A stretch of DNA of 29,210 nucleotides from an uncultured Rhodospirillales bacterium (GTDB taxonomy: Bacteria > Pseudomonadota > Alphaproteobacteria > UBA9219 > RFNS01). Below the pieces are notes generated by a model. It made no database searches. It was not told where the DNA came from and saw nothing but the letters and a program-made list of their open reading frames with translations. Positions 1 to 10,261 of the stretch are shown here, in pieces (the stretch's first letter is position 1; the number at the start of each line of letters is the position of its first letter). The position numbers were made by a program, and so were the translations under genes. The stretch spans positions 539 through 29,748 of the forward strand of contig CAZBSB010000002.1 of assembly GCA_964494535.1 (NCBI GenBank), written 5' to 3'.

Positions 1-612
1 CGTGACCGGAAAGTGCCGTCGGATGAACAGCAACACCGGGTTATGCGCGATGTCCGGCCCATGGCCGTCGCCGGCGCGCAGCATCTTGATGCCAGCATAG
101 ACCAGAAAGACGCCGAAAACCAGCATCAGCCAGCTGAATTCAGCAATCAGCGCGGCGCCGACGCCGATCATCACGGCGCGGAACAACACAACGCCGATAA
201 TGCCCCAGAACAGCACACGATGCTGGTAACGCTGCGGAATTTTGAAGAAGCCGAAAATCAGCGCGATGACGAAGACATTGTCCATGGACAAGGACAGCTC
301 CACCAGATAGCCGGTCAGATAAAGCTGCACGGCCTGCCAGCCGCGCTTGCTGTCGTCGGCGATCTGCAGTTGCTTGTCCGTCATGGTTTCAACGGGCTGG
401 GTGCTGTAGAGCCAGTAAATCGCCACGGCGAAGAGCAGACCCAGCGCGCCATAGAAGGCACAACTTCGCATGCTCTCCTTGACATTTACTTCATGTGCCT
501 TGCGGTGAAATACGCCCAAATCCAGCGCCAGCAATGTCAACACGATGCCCAGGAAAGCGAACCAGCTCCACAGCGGTTTGCCAAGCCAAATCAGGTGGAG
601 AAATTCGGGCAT
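1..612 (-). CDS. terC: TerC/Alx-family integral membrane protein (3' end runs off the window)
   Basis: Not in the ORF track; translated by hand from ATG at 612: MPEFLHLIWLGKPLWSWFAFLGIVLTLLALDLGVFHRKAHEVNVKES...YLTGYLVELSLSMDNVFVIALIFGFFKIPQRYQHRVLFWGIIG. These are hallmark TerC/Alx motifs. The frame stays open to position 1. Confidence 0.9.
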   Translation of the reverse strand, partial: MPEFLHLIWLGKPLWSWFAFLGIVLTLLALDLGVFHRKAHEVNVKESMRSCAFYGALGLLFAVAIYWLYSTQPVETMTDKQLQIADDSKRGWQAVQLYLTGYLVELSLSMDNVFVIALIFGFFKIPQRYQHRVLFWGIIGVVLFRAVMIGVGAALIAEFSWLMLVFGVFLVYAGIKMLRAGDGHGPDIAHNPVLLFIRRHFPVT

Positions 613-745
613 TCAGGCAACCTGCACAAGGGTGGAGGAGGAGAGGAAGGATGCGGCTAAGATTAGGGGGAAACCGCGCCACCGCAAGCAAAATGCGCGG
701 CTGCCGCAGCAGCCGCGCCGATTTGCTCGATGCGATAAAGCCAAA

Positions 746-1480
746 TTACTTCTTGGCCGGAGCCTTGGCCGGGGCGGCCTTGGCGGCGGCCGGCGCCGCA
801 GCGCCCTTGCCGGCAGCAGCGGGCGCGGCGGCGGCGGGGGCGCCACTTTTGCCCGCAGCTGGCGCCGCGGCGGCGGCTGGCGTGGCTGCGGCCGTGGTCG
901 CTTCCTCCGCCTTGGCGGCGGCCGGCGGCACGATGGTGGCGATGGTGAAGCCGTCTTCCAGCACGCTCTTGGCGCCCTGCGGCAGCTTGACCATACTGAG
1001 CGGAATGCTGGCGTTCATTTCCAGGCCGGAGACGTCAATATCCAGATGTTCCGGAATCTGATCGGGATTGATCATGATCTCCAGATCATGCAGCACGGCA
1101 TTCAACATGCCGCCGCGCTTAAGGCCGGGCGACTTGTCTTGGTTGATGAAATGCAACGGCACGGCGACACGGACGCGGGTGTTGGCGGCGACGCGCAGGA
1201 AATCCACATGCAGCGGCCGGTCAGTCAGCGGGTCAAACTGCACGTCGCGGGGCAGCACGCGGTGCTTCTTGCCCTGGACGTCAATTTCATAAAGATGGGT
1301 GAAGAAGCCGGCGCGGTTGATTTCCCGCTCCATCAGCTTCTGCTCAATAGCGATCAAGACCGGCGCCTGCTTGTCGCCATAAATGACGGCAGGAACCTGG
1401 CTTGAACGGCGGGTGGCGCGGGCGCCGCCTTTGCCGGAACGGGCGCGCAGGTCAGCGGAAAGTGTGGCAAGCTTTGCCAT
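746..1480 (-). CDS. rplY: 50S ribosomal protein L25/Ctc with Ala/Pro/Lys-rich tail
   Basis: Motifs RARSGKGGARATRR, VPAVIYG, DVQFDPLTDRPLHVDF, SPGLKRGGML; SD-like AAGGGAG upstream. Confidence 0.97.
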   Translation of the reverse strand: MAKLATLSADLRARSGKGGARATRRSSQVPAVIYGDKQAPVLIAIEQKLMEREINRAGFFTHLYEIDVQGKKHRVLPRDVQFDPLTDRPLHVDFLRVAANTRVRVAVPLHFINQDKSPGLKRGGMLNAVLHDLEIMINPDQIPEHLDIDVSGLEMNASIPLSMVKLPQGAKSVLEDGFTIATIVPPAAAKAEEATTAAATPAAAAAPAAGKSGAPAAAAPAAAGKGAAAPAAAKAAPAKAPAKK

Positions 1481-1768
1481 GGTGATGCTCCCTTACATGG
1501 TCGGTTGACGTGCGGGCGACCTACTCGCGGAATGCACGGGCGAGAGCCTCCAGGGATGCTACGCGCCAAAATGTAGTGGTGTTGTGCCGGAAACTTGGTG
1601 CAAATGCAACATAAAGACTGCCATGCCGCTACGATAGTCTCAGAAACTATAGAGTTATGCCGATAACCTGTCCAACCGTCTGTACAAATTAAGACTCCGG
1701 TTGACGGGAAGGGGGCGGCAGGGCATTTTGCCGTCCAAGCCATTCATATTGCTGAAAGCTATTGCCGC

Positions 1769-3781
1769 ATGACTGCTCCCACCGAGTTGCACACCGCCCC
1801 CACCCCCCCTGATCTGGCCAATGCCATTCGTTTTTTGGCCATTGACGCGGTGGAGCAGGCGAAATCTGGCCATCCTGGGATGCCGATGGGCATGGCCGAT
1901 GTGGCGACGGTGCTGTGGCAAAAATTCATCAAATTCAATCCGCTTGACCCGCATTGGCCGGATCGTGACCGTTTTGTCCTCTCCGCCGGCCACGGCTCGA
2001 TGCTGCTTTATGCGGTGAATTACCTCACCGGCTATCAGCACATGACTCTGGAGGAGATTAAAAATTTCCGCCAATGGGGCAGCAAGACGCCCGGCCACCC
2101 AGAAAACGATGTTGATCTGGGTATCGAAACCACCACCGGCCCGTTGGGGCAGGGCATCGCCACGGCGGTCGGCATGGCCTTGGCTGAGCGGATTCTGGCT
2201 GCTCGTTTCGGCGCAGACCTGGTGGATCACCACACTTATGTCATCGCCTCGGACGGCGATTTGATGGAAGGCATCAGTCATGAGGCGGCGTCGCTCGCGG
2301 GTCACCTCAAACTGAATCGTCTCCTCGTCTATTATGACGATAACGGCATCTCAATTGACGGCAAGACCGATTTGTCTTTCACAGAAAACACGGCGCAGCG
2401 TTTCTCGGCCTATGGCTGGAGTGTGCAGCAGATTGACGGGCACGACCCGGCCGCGATTGCCAAAGCAACACAGGCGGCGCTGCAGAGCGACAGGCCCAGC
2501 CTCATCGCCTGCCGCACCACCATCGGCTTCGGCTCGCCCGGCAAGGCCGGCAGCAAAGACAGCCACGGCTCGCCGCTGGGAGCCACGGAAACTGCCGCGA
2601 CCCGCCAGGCTCTGGGCTGGAATCATCCGCCTTTCACGGTGCCGGAACCGGTGCTGAACGCCTGGCGCGGTTTTGCCGGCCGCTGCCAGCTGGCGCACAG
2701 CGCCTGGCTGCAACGCTATCAGGGCAGCGCGCATAAGGCGGTTTTTGATGCTGCACTTCAAGGCACAGTGCCAGCAACGGTAGCGCCCGCTCTAACGCAA
2801 CTGATGACCAAATACGCCGCCGAAAAACCCAGCCGCGCCACCCGCCAATGTTCCGGCGACGTGCTAGAAACTTTGTTGCCGCTCATCCCGGAACTCATCG
2901 GCGGCTCCGCCGACCTCACCGGTTCGGTCAACACCCAGGTCAAGAATTTCGGCGCCATCCAGGCCGGCAGTTACGGCGGCCGATATATCCATTATGGCGT
3001 GCGCGAACATGGCATGGCGGCCGCCATGAACGGCATGGCGCTGCATGGCGGCGTGGTGCCCTATGCCGGCACTTTCCTTCAATTCGCCGATTATTGCCGG
3101 CCGGCCATCCGGCTTTCGGCGCTCATGCATCAGCGCGTCATTTACGTTATGACTCATGACAGCATCGGCCTGGGCGAAGATGGGCCAACGCATCAGCCGG
3201 TGGAGCATCTCGCGGCCTTGCGCGCCATTCCCAACCTCCATGTGTTTCGCCCCTGCGACGGTATCGAGACCGCGGAATGCTGGGCGGCGGCGCTGGCGCT
3301 GCACCACGCGCCGAGCCTCATCAGCCTGACGCGCCAAAACCTGCCGACGCTGCGTGGCCGCGACGGTCAGGTCTGTCCGGAAAACCTCACATCCTGCGGC
3401 GCCTATGTGCTGCAGGAAGCCGAAGGCGCGCGCCAAGTGACCTTGCTGGCCACGGGTTCCGAGGTGCATCTGGCAGTGGCAGCGCGGGCGGAATTGGCCA
3501 AAGCGGGCATCCAGGCCGCCGTGGTTTCCATGCCCTGCTGGGAATTGTTTGACCAGCAAAGTGCTGACTATCAAGCGCAAGTGCTGGGCACGGCGCCGCG
3601 TGTGGCTTGTGAAGCTGCCAGCGGCTTCGGCTGGTCGCGCTATCTGAATGGTCAAGGTTGCGCCTTCATCGGCATGACCGGTTTCGGCGCTTCGGCGCCC
3701 GCGCCGGTGCTATATGAAAAATTCGGCATCACGACGACCGCCATCGTTGCGGCGGCGCGGAAGTTGTTGCAGAGCGCCTGA
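1769..3781 (+). CDS. tkt: Transketolase
   Basis: Motifs [62 protein letters not shown]. Confidence 0.99.
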   Translation: MTAPTELHTAPTPPDLANAIRFLAIDAVEQAKSGHPGMPMGMADVATVLWQKFIKFNPLDPHWPDRDRFVLSAGHGSMLLYAVNYLTGYQHMTLEEIKNFRQWGSKTPGHPENDVDLGIETTTGPLGQGIATAVGMALAERILAARFGADLVDHHTYVIASDGDLMEGISHEAASLAGHLKLNRLLVYYDDNGISIDGKTDLSFTENTAQRFSAYGWSVQQIDGHDPAAIAKATQAALQSDRPSLIACRTTIGFGSPGKAGSKDSHGSPLGATETAATRQALGWNHPPFTVPEPVLNAWRGFAGRCQLAHSAWLQRYQGSAHKAVFDAALQGTVPATVAPALTQLMTKYAAEKPSRATRQCSGDVLETLLPLIPELIGGSADLTGSVNTQVKNFGAIQAGSYGGRYIHYGVREHGMAAAMNGMALHGGVVPYAGTFLQFADYCRPAIRLSALMHQRVIYVMTHDSIGLGEDGPTHQPVEHLAALRAIPNLHVFRPCDGIETAECWAAALALHHAPSLISLTRQNLPTLRGRDGQVCPENLTSCGAYVLQEAEGARQVTLLATGSEVHLAVAARAELAKAGIQAAVVSMPCWELFDQQSADYQAQVLGTAPRVACEAASGFGWSRYLNGQGCAFIGMTGFGASAPAPVLYEKFGITTTAIVAAARKLLQSA

Positions 3782-3936
3782 TTGTCATCGCGGCAATTGC
3801 CATGGTCAACAGGAATGTCGTGACATACGGGGGCTAAGCCTGCAGCACTTGGTCACGTGCAGGTGCTGTTGCATTTTGCCATCCGGCCGCTATGCTGTGC
3901 CCGTAAAAAATCCCATGTTTTTCAGGAGTATGAATA

Positions 3937-4944
3937 ATGGCAATTCGCGTCGCTATCAATGGTTTTGGCCGCATCGGGCGGCTGGTCTATCGCGCGCTGG
4001 TGGAATCCGGCCGCACGGATATCGAGGTGGTGGCCATCAACGATTTGGCCGACACCGTCACCAACGCCCATCTGCTGAAATATGACTCCGTGCATGGCCG
4101 CTTCGGCGGCAGCGTGGTGGCGGAAGGCGACCATCTGCTGGTCAACGGCAAGAAGCTGATGGCGGTGCAGGTGGCTGACCCGACCAAGCTGCCCTGGGGC
4201 GAGATGAAGATTGACGTGGCGCTGGAATGTTCCGGCCGCTTCACCAAGCGCGACGACGCGGCGAAGCATCTGACCGCCGGCGCCAAGAAGGTGCTGATCT
4301 CCGCCCCCGCGACGGATGAGGACATCACCGTGGTCTATGGCGTGAACCACGCCAAGCTCAAGGCCAGCGATACCATCGTCTCCAACGCCTCCTGCACCAC
4401 CAACTGCCTGGCACCGGTGGCTTCGGTGTTGCAAAAACTGGTGGGCATCGAACACGGTTTCATGACCACCATCCATTCCTATACCGGCGACCAGCGCGTG
4501 GTGGACACCATGCACAGCGACCTGCATCGCGCCCGCGCCTCGGCCCTGAACATGATTCCGACCTCCACCGGCGCGGCCAAGGCGGTAGGCAAAGTGCTGC
4601 CGGAATTGAAGGGCAAGCTGGACGGCACCGCCATCCGCGTGCCGACCCCCAACGTCTCGGTGGTGGATTTGAAATTCGTGGCCAGCCGCACCACCACGGT
4701 GGAAGAGATCAACAAGGCGGTGCAAGCGGCGGCCGACGGTGAGCTGAAAGGCATTCTCGGCACCTATGACGAGCCGCTGGTCTCCACCGACTTCAACCAT
4801 GACCCGCGCTCCTCCATCTTCGCCCTGGCTGAGACCAAGGTCATGGGCGGCAGCTTCGTGCGCGTCATGAGTTGGTATGACAATGAATGGGGCTTCTCCA
4901 ACCGCATGGGCGACACGGCGGTGGCCATGATGGCGGCAAAATAA
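3937..4944 (+). CDS. gap: Glyceraldehyde-3-phosphate dehydrogenase, type I
   Basis: Motifs INGFGRIGR, catalytic [23 protein letters not shown]; AGGAG SD upstream. Confidence 0.99.
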   Translation: MAIRVAINGFGRIGRLVYRALVESGRTDIEVVAINDLADTVTNAHLLKYDSVHGRFGGSVVAEGDHLLVNGKKLMAVQVADPTKLPWGEMKIDVALECSGRFTKRDDAAKHLTAGAKKVLISAPATDEDITVVYGVNHAKLKASDTIVSNASCTTNCLAPVASVLQKLVGIEHGFMTTIHSYTGDQRVVDTMHSDLHRARASALNMIPTSTGAAKAVGKVLPELKGKLDGTAIRVPTPNVSVVDLKFVASRTTTVEEINKAVQAAADGELKGILGTYDEPLVSTDFNHDPRSSIFALAETKVMGGSFVRVMSWYDNEWGFSNRMGDTAVAMMAAK

Positions 4945-4968
4945 TGGCCTGACAAAGCCTTGTCCGGC

Positions 4969-4997
4969 AAAGGCGCGGTCGCCAGCCGCGCCTTTTT
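4969..4997 (+). terminator. Rho-independent terminator after gap
   Basis: AAAGGCGCGG-TCGCCAG-CCGCGCCTTT-TT: perfect 10-bp stem followed by a T run. Confidence 0.8.
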
Positions 4998-5055
4998 GCT
5001 ACCGTCAAACCACAGAAATAAGCTATAGTGCGCGCTTGTTTGAGCGCGGAAACCG

Positions 5056-7839
5056 ATGAGCGAAGACGAACCGATCCGCCACCGCAGCGTCTTGACCGAC
5101 ACGCAACTAGCGCCGCCCCTGCCTGGGTCGGTGCTGCTGACTGGTACGCGCTGGCTGCTGCTGCTGGAGCAAAATCTGCGCCTCTGCTGGCGGTTTTATT
5201 GTGTTCTGGGTCTGTTTCTAGCGCTGTCCTGGCTCGATCTGTTTCGTTACCTGCCGAGTTTTGTCCACTTCGTCGTGCTGACGCTGTTTTGCGCTGCGGC
5301 GCTGCTGGCCTTGCGTGGCACGGGCGCGGGCTGGAAATTGCCGTCCCTGGCGGCCGCTGCCCGCCGGGTAGAAGCCGCCAACGCCGTCCAAAATTTCCCG
5401 TATGAAGCGCTGACGGCCGAGCCGGTCTATCCGCAGCAAGACAGCGCCGTCAAAACCCTGTGGCAGCGCCACCAGGAACGGGCGCGCCAGGCCTTGCAAA
5501 AACTGCAGCTGCCGCTGCCCGCTTTCAGCATCCATGGCGCCGATCCTTATTATGCGCGCCTCGGCATAAGCGCGCTGCTGCTGCTGGCGCTGGTGACGGG
5601 GCGCGGGGAGTTCGGCGCCCGCCTTGAGCGTGCCGTGACGCCTGTGGCGTCAAACGAATTGCATCTCGGCCCGGCGGCGAAAATCACCGCCTGGGTGACG
5701 CCGCCGCCTTATACCGGCCAGCCGCCGATTCTGCTGGCGGAAAACGGCAAGATCGCCGCCAACAAAGAATGGAGCATTCCGGCTGGCAGCAAACTGGCGC
5801 TGCGCGTCGCGGAAGTGGATGAGGCACCGCTGCTGGTCACCGACGGCGCCGAGACGCCCTTCGTCAAATCCGGCGAACAGAACTTCACGCTGGATATGAC
5901 CATGCCGGCCACCAGTCTGCTGAAAATCACTAGTGGCTGGATGACCCTGGCGCGCTGGCCGGTGACCTATGTGCCGGACAAGGCGCCGCAGGCCAACTGG
6001 CTGTCGCCGCCGGAGGCGGACAAGCAGGATCATGTGGAACTGCAATATCGGGTGGAAGATGATTACGGCCTGACGCAGGTGCAGGCGGTGATGAGCCTCG
6101 CGGTCAGCGCTGTCGGCCTGCCGGCAGAGCCGCAGACCTTTGCGCTCTCCGGCGCCGGGCAGAAAAGCCTGGAAGGCAAGACCAGCCTGCCGCTCGGCAT
6201 CAACCTCTGGGCGGGAATGCCGGTCAATCTGGTACTCGAAGCCGCCGATCAGGCCGGGCAGACCGGCCGCAGCGGCAGCGTGTCGCTGACCTTGCCGGAG
6301 CATCGCTTCACCGACCCGCTGGCGCGCCAGCTGGCGGAGATGCGCAAGAAGCTGCTGCTCGACCCCAACGCGGAATGGAAGCCGACGCTCAACCAGCTGG
6401 TGGTGCTGGCGCAGGATGCGTCGCGTTATCGCGGCGACCCGCGCATCCTGCTCGGGATGCGCAGCACCGCGGTGCGCATGTATCATGATCGCGACCATGA
6501 GAACCTAACGCCGGTGGCCACCACTTTGTGGCAAATGGCGCTGCATCTGGATACCGGCGGCGTCACGCAGGCGGAAGAAAAGCTGCGCCAGGCGCAGCAA
6601 TCGCTGGAGCAGGCGCTGGCGGAAAAAGCCGACCCGGAGAAAATTCAGCAGAAGATGCAGGAGTTGCAGCAGGCGTTGGCCGATTATATGCAAAGCCTGG
6701 CGCGCAACCTGCCGCCCGAAGCGCAGGATATTCCGCAAGACCTGATGGACGAAGCAGGCCAGCAATTCGCCCGCGAGATGATGGACAAGATCAAGGAGAT
6801 TCAGGATTTGGCGCAAACCGGCGCGCATGAAGCCGCGCAGCAGAAACTGCAGGAATTGCAGAAGATGCTGGATCAGATGCGCAACATGGAGCCGATGACG
6901 GAGCAGCAGCAAAAAGACCTGGAAGCGCTGAAGCAGATGCGCGAACTGATTGAGAAGCAGGAAAAACTGCAGGAACAAACCGGCAAAGCGCAGCAGCAGG
7001 AACAACAGCAGCAGGCCGAACAGCGGCGGCAGGAAATGCAGCAGCAGGGGCAGCAGCAGCCGGCGCCAAAACCTGGCGAGGAAAAAAAGCCCTATGCCTC
7101 GCCGGTGCCGCGCGAAAATTACGATGATGAGCCGCAACCGCAGCAACAGCAACAGACGCAAAAACCGCAGCCGCAACCAGAACAACAACAGCAACAAGCA
7201 CAAAAACCGCAACCGCAAGATAGCCCGCCGCCGGATCGCGGCAATGAAACCACCCAAGCCCCTGGCCAGCCAGAAGGGCAGCAGCAAGGCGCCGCTGCGA
7301 GCAGCCCGGACAAGAACGGCAAGCCAGGCGCCAGCGGCACGGAAAAGCGGGAAGATTTATCCGCCGCGGGTCTGGCGCAACAACAGCAGGAATTGCGCGA
7401 GAAACTCGGCAAAATCGCCAACGATATGGCGGAGAAAGAGCAAGACCCGCCGCCACAATTGGGCACGGCCGATCAAGGCATGAAATCGGCGCAGCAAAAG
7501 CTAGGGCAAGAGGAATGGCCGCAAGCCAAATCCGAACAAAATAAAACGCTGCAGGCGCTGAAGGACATGGCCGAGAAAATGAAGCAGCAGTTGCAAAAGC
7601 AGCTGACCTTCCTGCCGTCGGGCGGGCAGGAAGGCAAAGAAGGGCAAGAGCGCAATCCCTTCAGCCGCCCGGACAAAGACAAAGGCAAGGGCGCCGTTGA
7701 TGACAAAGTCAAGGTGCCGGACGAGCAGGATGTGCAAAAAGCCCGTAAAATCCTGGACGAACTCCGCAAACGCAGCGGCGAATATGAACGGCCGAAGGAC
7801 GAACGCGGCTATATTGATCGGCTGCTCAACAAGAATTGA
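5056..7839 (+). CDS. TIGR02302/DUF4175-like membrane-anchored coiled-coil protein of unknown function
   Basis: N-terminal TM helices; motifs DPYYARL, AWVTPPPYTGQPP, DDYGL, LPEHRFTDPLAR; Gln-rich coils; C-terminal KARKILDELRKRSGEYERPKDERGYIDRLL. Family recognised from memory. Confidence 0.85.
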   Translation: MSEDEPIRHRSVLTDTQLAPPLPGSVLLTGTRWLLLLEQNLRLCWRFYCVLGLFLALSWLDLFRYLPSFVHFVVLTLFCAAALLALRGTGAGWKLPSLAAAARRVEAANAVQNFPYEALTAEPVYPQQDSAVKTLWQRHQERARQALQKLQLPLPAFSIHGADPYYARLGISALLLLALVTGRGEFGARLERAVTPVASNELHLGPAAKITAWVTPPPYTGQPPILLAENGKIAANKEWSIPAGSKLALRVAEVDEAPLLVTDGAETPFVKSGEQNFTLDMTMPATSLLKITSGWMTLARWPVTYVPDKAPQANWLSPPEADKQDHVELQYRVEDDYGLTQVQAVMSLAVSAVGLPAEPQTFALSGAGQKSLEGKTSLPLGINLWAGMPVNLVLEAADQAGQTGRSGSVSLTLPEHRFTDPLARQLAEMRKKLLLDPNAEWKPTLNQLVVLAQDASRYRGDPRILLGMRSTAVRMYHDRDHENLTPVATTLWQMALHLDTGGVTQAEEKLRQAQQSLEQALAEKADPEKIQQKMQELQQALADYMQSLARNLPPEAQDIPQDLMDEAGQQFAREMMDKIKEIQDLAQTGAHEAAQQKLQELQKMLDQMRNMEPMTEQQQKDLEALKQMRELIEKQEKLQEQTGKAQQQEQQQQAEQRRQEMQQQGQQQPAPKPGEEKKPYASPVPRENYDDEPQPQQQQQTQKPQPQPEQQQQQAQKPQPQDSPPPDRGNETTQAPGQPEGQQQGAAASSPDKNGKPGASGTEKREDLSAAGLAQQQQELREKLGKIANDMAEKEQDPPPQLGTADQGMKSAQQKLGQEEWPQAKSEQNKTLQALKDMAEKMKQQLQKQLTFLPSGGQEGKEGQERNPFSRPDKDKGKGAVDDKVKVPDEQDVQKARKILDELRKRSGEYERPKDERGYIDRLLNKN

Positions 7840-7942
7840 TCTTTGTCGCAAGCCTCGCGGGCTTTTGCTGCGGCGACGGAAGCGGTTGTCTTGGCCGTTA
7901 TCATGAGCAGATGCGCGCTGATATTTTGACAAAGTGCCGCCA

Positions 7943-8890
7943 ATGTTGACCAGAGTGTTGGTGGTCTTTCTCACCGGCAGCCTGCTGCTGACGGCCTGCG
8001 CCACCGTTGGTAAAACGCTGGGAGAAAATACCACGCTGCACACGCTGACATCCGGCGGGTTGCAGCGCGCCTATGCCCTGCATGTGCCACCCCATCTGCC
8101 GGAACGCCCCGTGCCACTGGTGCTGGTCTTCCATGGCGGCGGCGGCACGCCGGATTTTGCGGAGCGCGATACCGGTTTCAGCGCGGTGGCGGATCGGGAA
8201 GGGTTTCTGGTGGCTTATCCCGCCGCCTATCGCAAAAACTGGAATGACGGCCGCGAGTTGCAGGCCGTGGCAGCACAGCGCGACAAGATTGACGATGTCG
8301 CCTTCATAACCGCCTTGCTCGACGATATCGCCCGCCGTCACAAAATAGATGGCAAGCGCGTTTACGCCACCGGCCTCAGCAATGGCGGCGTCTTTTCGCA
8401 TTATCTCGGCGCCAAACTGGCCAATCGCTTGGCCGCCATCGCCCCGGTGGCGGGCGGCATCGCCGAGCCTTTCGCCCCTCATTTCGCGCCGACAGCGCCG
8501 GTCGCGGTGCTGCTCACCCACGGCACCGATGACACGCTGGTGCCTTATGCCGGCGGCGACATCACGGTGTTCGGCTCCTGGAGGCGCGGCCGCATTCTGG
8601 GCGTTGACGCCGCCGCCGCGAAATGGGCGCAGCACAACCAGACAGCCTTGCAACCCACGGCACTGGGCACGATTGACGCCGTGCCGGATGATAATTGCAA
8701 CGTCATCAAACAAACTTACCCCAACGGCCAGGCCGGCACTGAGGTGATGGTCTATCGATTGGAAGGCGCCGGCCACACCTGGCCAAACGGCAAGCAATAT
8801 CTGCCACAGTCACTCGTCGGCACCGTATGCCGCGAATTCAACGGCGCTGATGTGGTTTGGGACTTCTTCAAGCGCCATCCGAAACTGTGA
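7943..8890 (+). CDS. Lipoprotein alpha/beta-hydrolase, LpqC/PHB-depolymerase-like esterase
   Basis: Signal peptide with lipobox LLTAC; oxyanion HGGGG; nucleophile GLSNGG; HGTDD and GAGHTWP triad motifs. The start could instead be GTG 7934. Confidence 0.85.
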   Translation: MLTRVLVVFLTGSLLLTACATVGKTLGENTTLHTLTSGGLQRAYALHVPPHLPERPVPLVLVFHGGGGTPDFAERDTGFSAVADREGFLVAYPAAYRKNWNDGRELQAVAAQRDKIDDVAFITALLDDIARRHKIDGKRVYATGLSNGGVFSHYLGAKLANRLAAIAPVAGGIAEPFAPHFAPTAPVAVLLTHGTDDTLVPYAGGDITVFGSWRRGRILGVDAAAAKWAQHNQTALQPTALGTIDAVPDDNCNVIKQTYPNGQAGTEVMVYRLEGAGHTWPNGKQYLPQSLVGTVCREFNGADVVWDFFKRHPKL

Positions 8891-9060
8891 TGCTGGCAGG
8901 TTGCACCGCACAGAGGCCAAGACGCTTCCTCACACTACTTCCCCCTCTGCAACAGTCAGAAAGGCTTGCGGCTAGCCCGGTAGATACGCACCGTGTCATT
9001 TTCAAAATGACAGTCACGCACACCTGCAAACCACTTCCTAATCTGGAAAGTAATTTTGGC

Positions 9061-9519
9061 CTAAGCCGCTGTGGCCGTCGCTTCGTTGATGAGCAAGCGA
9101 TAGAGCGCGTCTTTATCGCGGGCTTGGCGGCAATCGGTGCAGAAGTCTGGGTTGCGGAGGATGCGCGACACTTCCGCTAAGGCGCGTAGATGGTCGGCGC
9201 CGGCTTCGGCGGGGGCGAGCAGGGCGAAGACGAGGTCAACCGGCGCACCGTCGGCGGCGCTGAAGTCCAAGGGTTGATCCAGCAGCGCCACGCAGCCATA
9301 GACGCGGCTGATGCCGCCGATGCGGCCATGGGGAATGGCCACGCCGTTGCCCATGCCGGTGGTGCCCAGCTGTTCCCGCTCCCACAGCGTGTTGACGATG
9401 GCGTGGCTGCTGAGTTCGGTGTCCGGCGCCAGGCAGTCGGCGATTTCCTCAAACAGCTGTTTGCGGCTGGTGCAATCCAGGCCGATGAGAATATGGGCGG
9501 GGGCAAGCAAATCCTGCAT
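9061..9519 (-). CDS. ptsN: PTS IIA(Ntr)-like nitrogen regulatory protein
   Basis: Motifs EREQLGTTGMGNGVAIPHGR, DGAPVDLVFALLAP, HLRALAEVSR; lies after hpf. Confidence 0.95.
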   Translation of the reverse strand: MQDLLAPAHILIGLDCTSRKQLFEEIADCLAPDTELSSHAIVNTLWEREQLGTTGMGNGVAIPHGRIGGISRVYGCVALLDQPLDFSAADGAPVDLVFALLAPAEAGADHLRALAEVSRILRNPDFCTDCRQARDKDALYRLLINEATATAA

Positions 9520-9531
9520 GGTAGGAACTCC

Positions 9532-10146
9532 TCAACCCGTCTTGCTCTGGCGCGGGGTCTGATTGACGGCGATGTGCTGCGCGGGGTCAACCCAGCCGAT
9601 ATGGCCGTCGGCGCGGCGGTAGATCATGTTCAGCTGGCCGTGCGAGCGGTTGCGGAACAGCAAGGCGGGCAGATCGCCGAGATCGAGGCGCATCACGGCT
9701 TCGCTGACGGTCAGCATTTCAATCGGCGTGGTCATTTCGGCAACGACGACGGGATTGGCCGGCGCTTCTTCCGCGGTTTCCGCTTCGCCATGCAGGACAT
9801 TGTATTGCGCCATGACGGCGGCCTCGGCGGCGGGCGGCGGCGCATCTTGGCGGTGGTGATCTTTCAGGCGCGTCTTGTGGCGGCGCAGGCGCTTGCCCAT
9901 TTTGGCCGAGGCTTCGTCAAACGCCACATAGGGGTCGTTGGCGCCGGCGGTGCTTTGCAGCGTGATGCCGCGGCCGGCGTGAACCAGGATATCGGCCTGG
10001 AACAAATGCGATTGGCGCGAGAAGGTGACGTGGGCGTCTATGGGGGTGCTGAAGTATTTCTTGACCGTCTCTTGCAAATTATCCGCGACGTGCTGGCGCA
10101 GCGAGTCGCCGACATCGAGCTGCTTGCCTTTGACCGTCAATTGCAT
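9532..10146 (-). CDS. hpf: Ribosome hibernation promoting factor, long HPF/RaiA
   Basis: Motifs MQLTVKGKQLDVGDSLRQHV, KRLRRHKTRLKDHH, EAVMRLDL, YRRADGHIGWVDP. Confidence 0.95.
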   Translation of the reverse strand: MQLTVKGKQLDVGDSLRQHVADNLQETVKKYFSTPIDAHVTFSRQSHLFQADILVHAGRGITLQSTAGANDPYVAFDEASAKMGKRLRRHKTRLKDHHRQDAPPPAAEAAVMAQYNVLHGEAETAEEAPANPVVVAEMTTPIEMLTVSEAVMRLDLGDLPALLFRNRSHGQLNMIYRRADGHIGWVDPAQHIAVNQTPRQSKTG

Positions 10147-10261
10147 GTTCCCGCTCCCTGGTTGGATGCCGCTTGGCGCGGCAGACCCTATCTGGCTGAC
10201 TATAGCATAGGGATGGCGGCGCCCAAGCGGATTCTTGCCGCAGGGTCGCCAAAAAAAATGC

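Noticed and set aside
13-660. 215-aa plus-strand ORF and the many other long antisense or alternate-frame ORFs in the track
   Set aside because: They are shadows of real genes in high-GC DNA (terC, tkt, gap, rpoN, nar and others) and carry no family motifs.
613-745. Possible yybP-ykoY (Mn) riboswitch upstream of the TerC/Alx gene
   Set aside because: Expected from the gene family, but I could not find the conserved GGGGAGUAG-type core or the stems. A cmsearch would settle it.
746-920. Ala/Pro/Lys-rich repeat at the L25 C-terminus
   Set aside because: Low-complexity tails are common on alphaproteobacterial L25/Ctc proteins.
7848-7868. Hairpin AAGCC-TCGCG-GGCTT-TT after the DUF4175-like gene
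   Set aside because: The stem is short and the U tract weak; it may be a terminator but is not well supported.
8857-9180. 107-aa ORF with a LAGC lipobox-like word after the esterase gene
   Set aside because: No hydrophobic signal region precedes LAGC, there is no SD, and it overlaps ptsN antisense.
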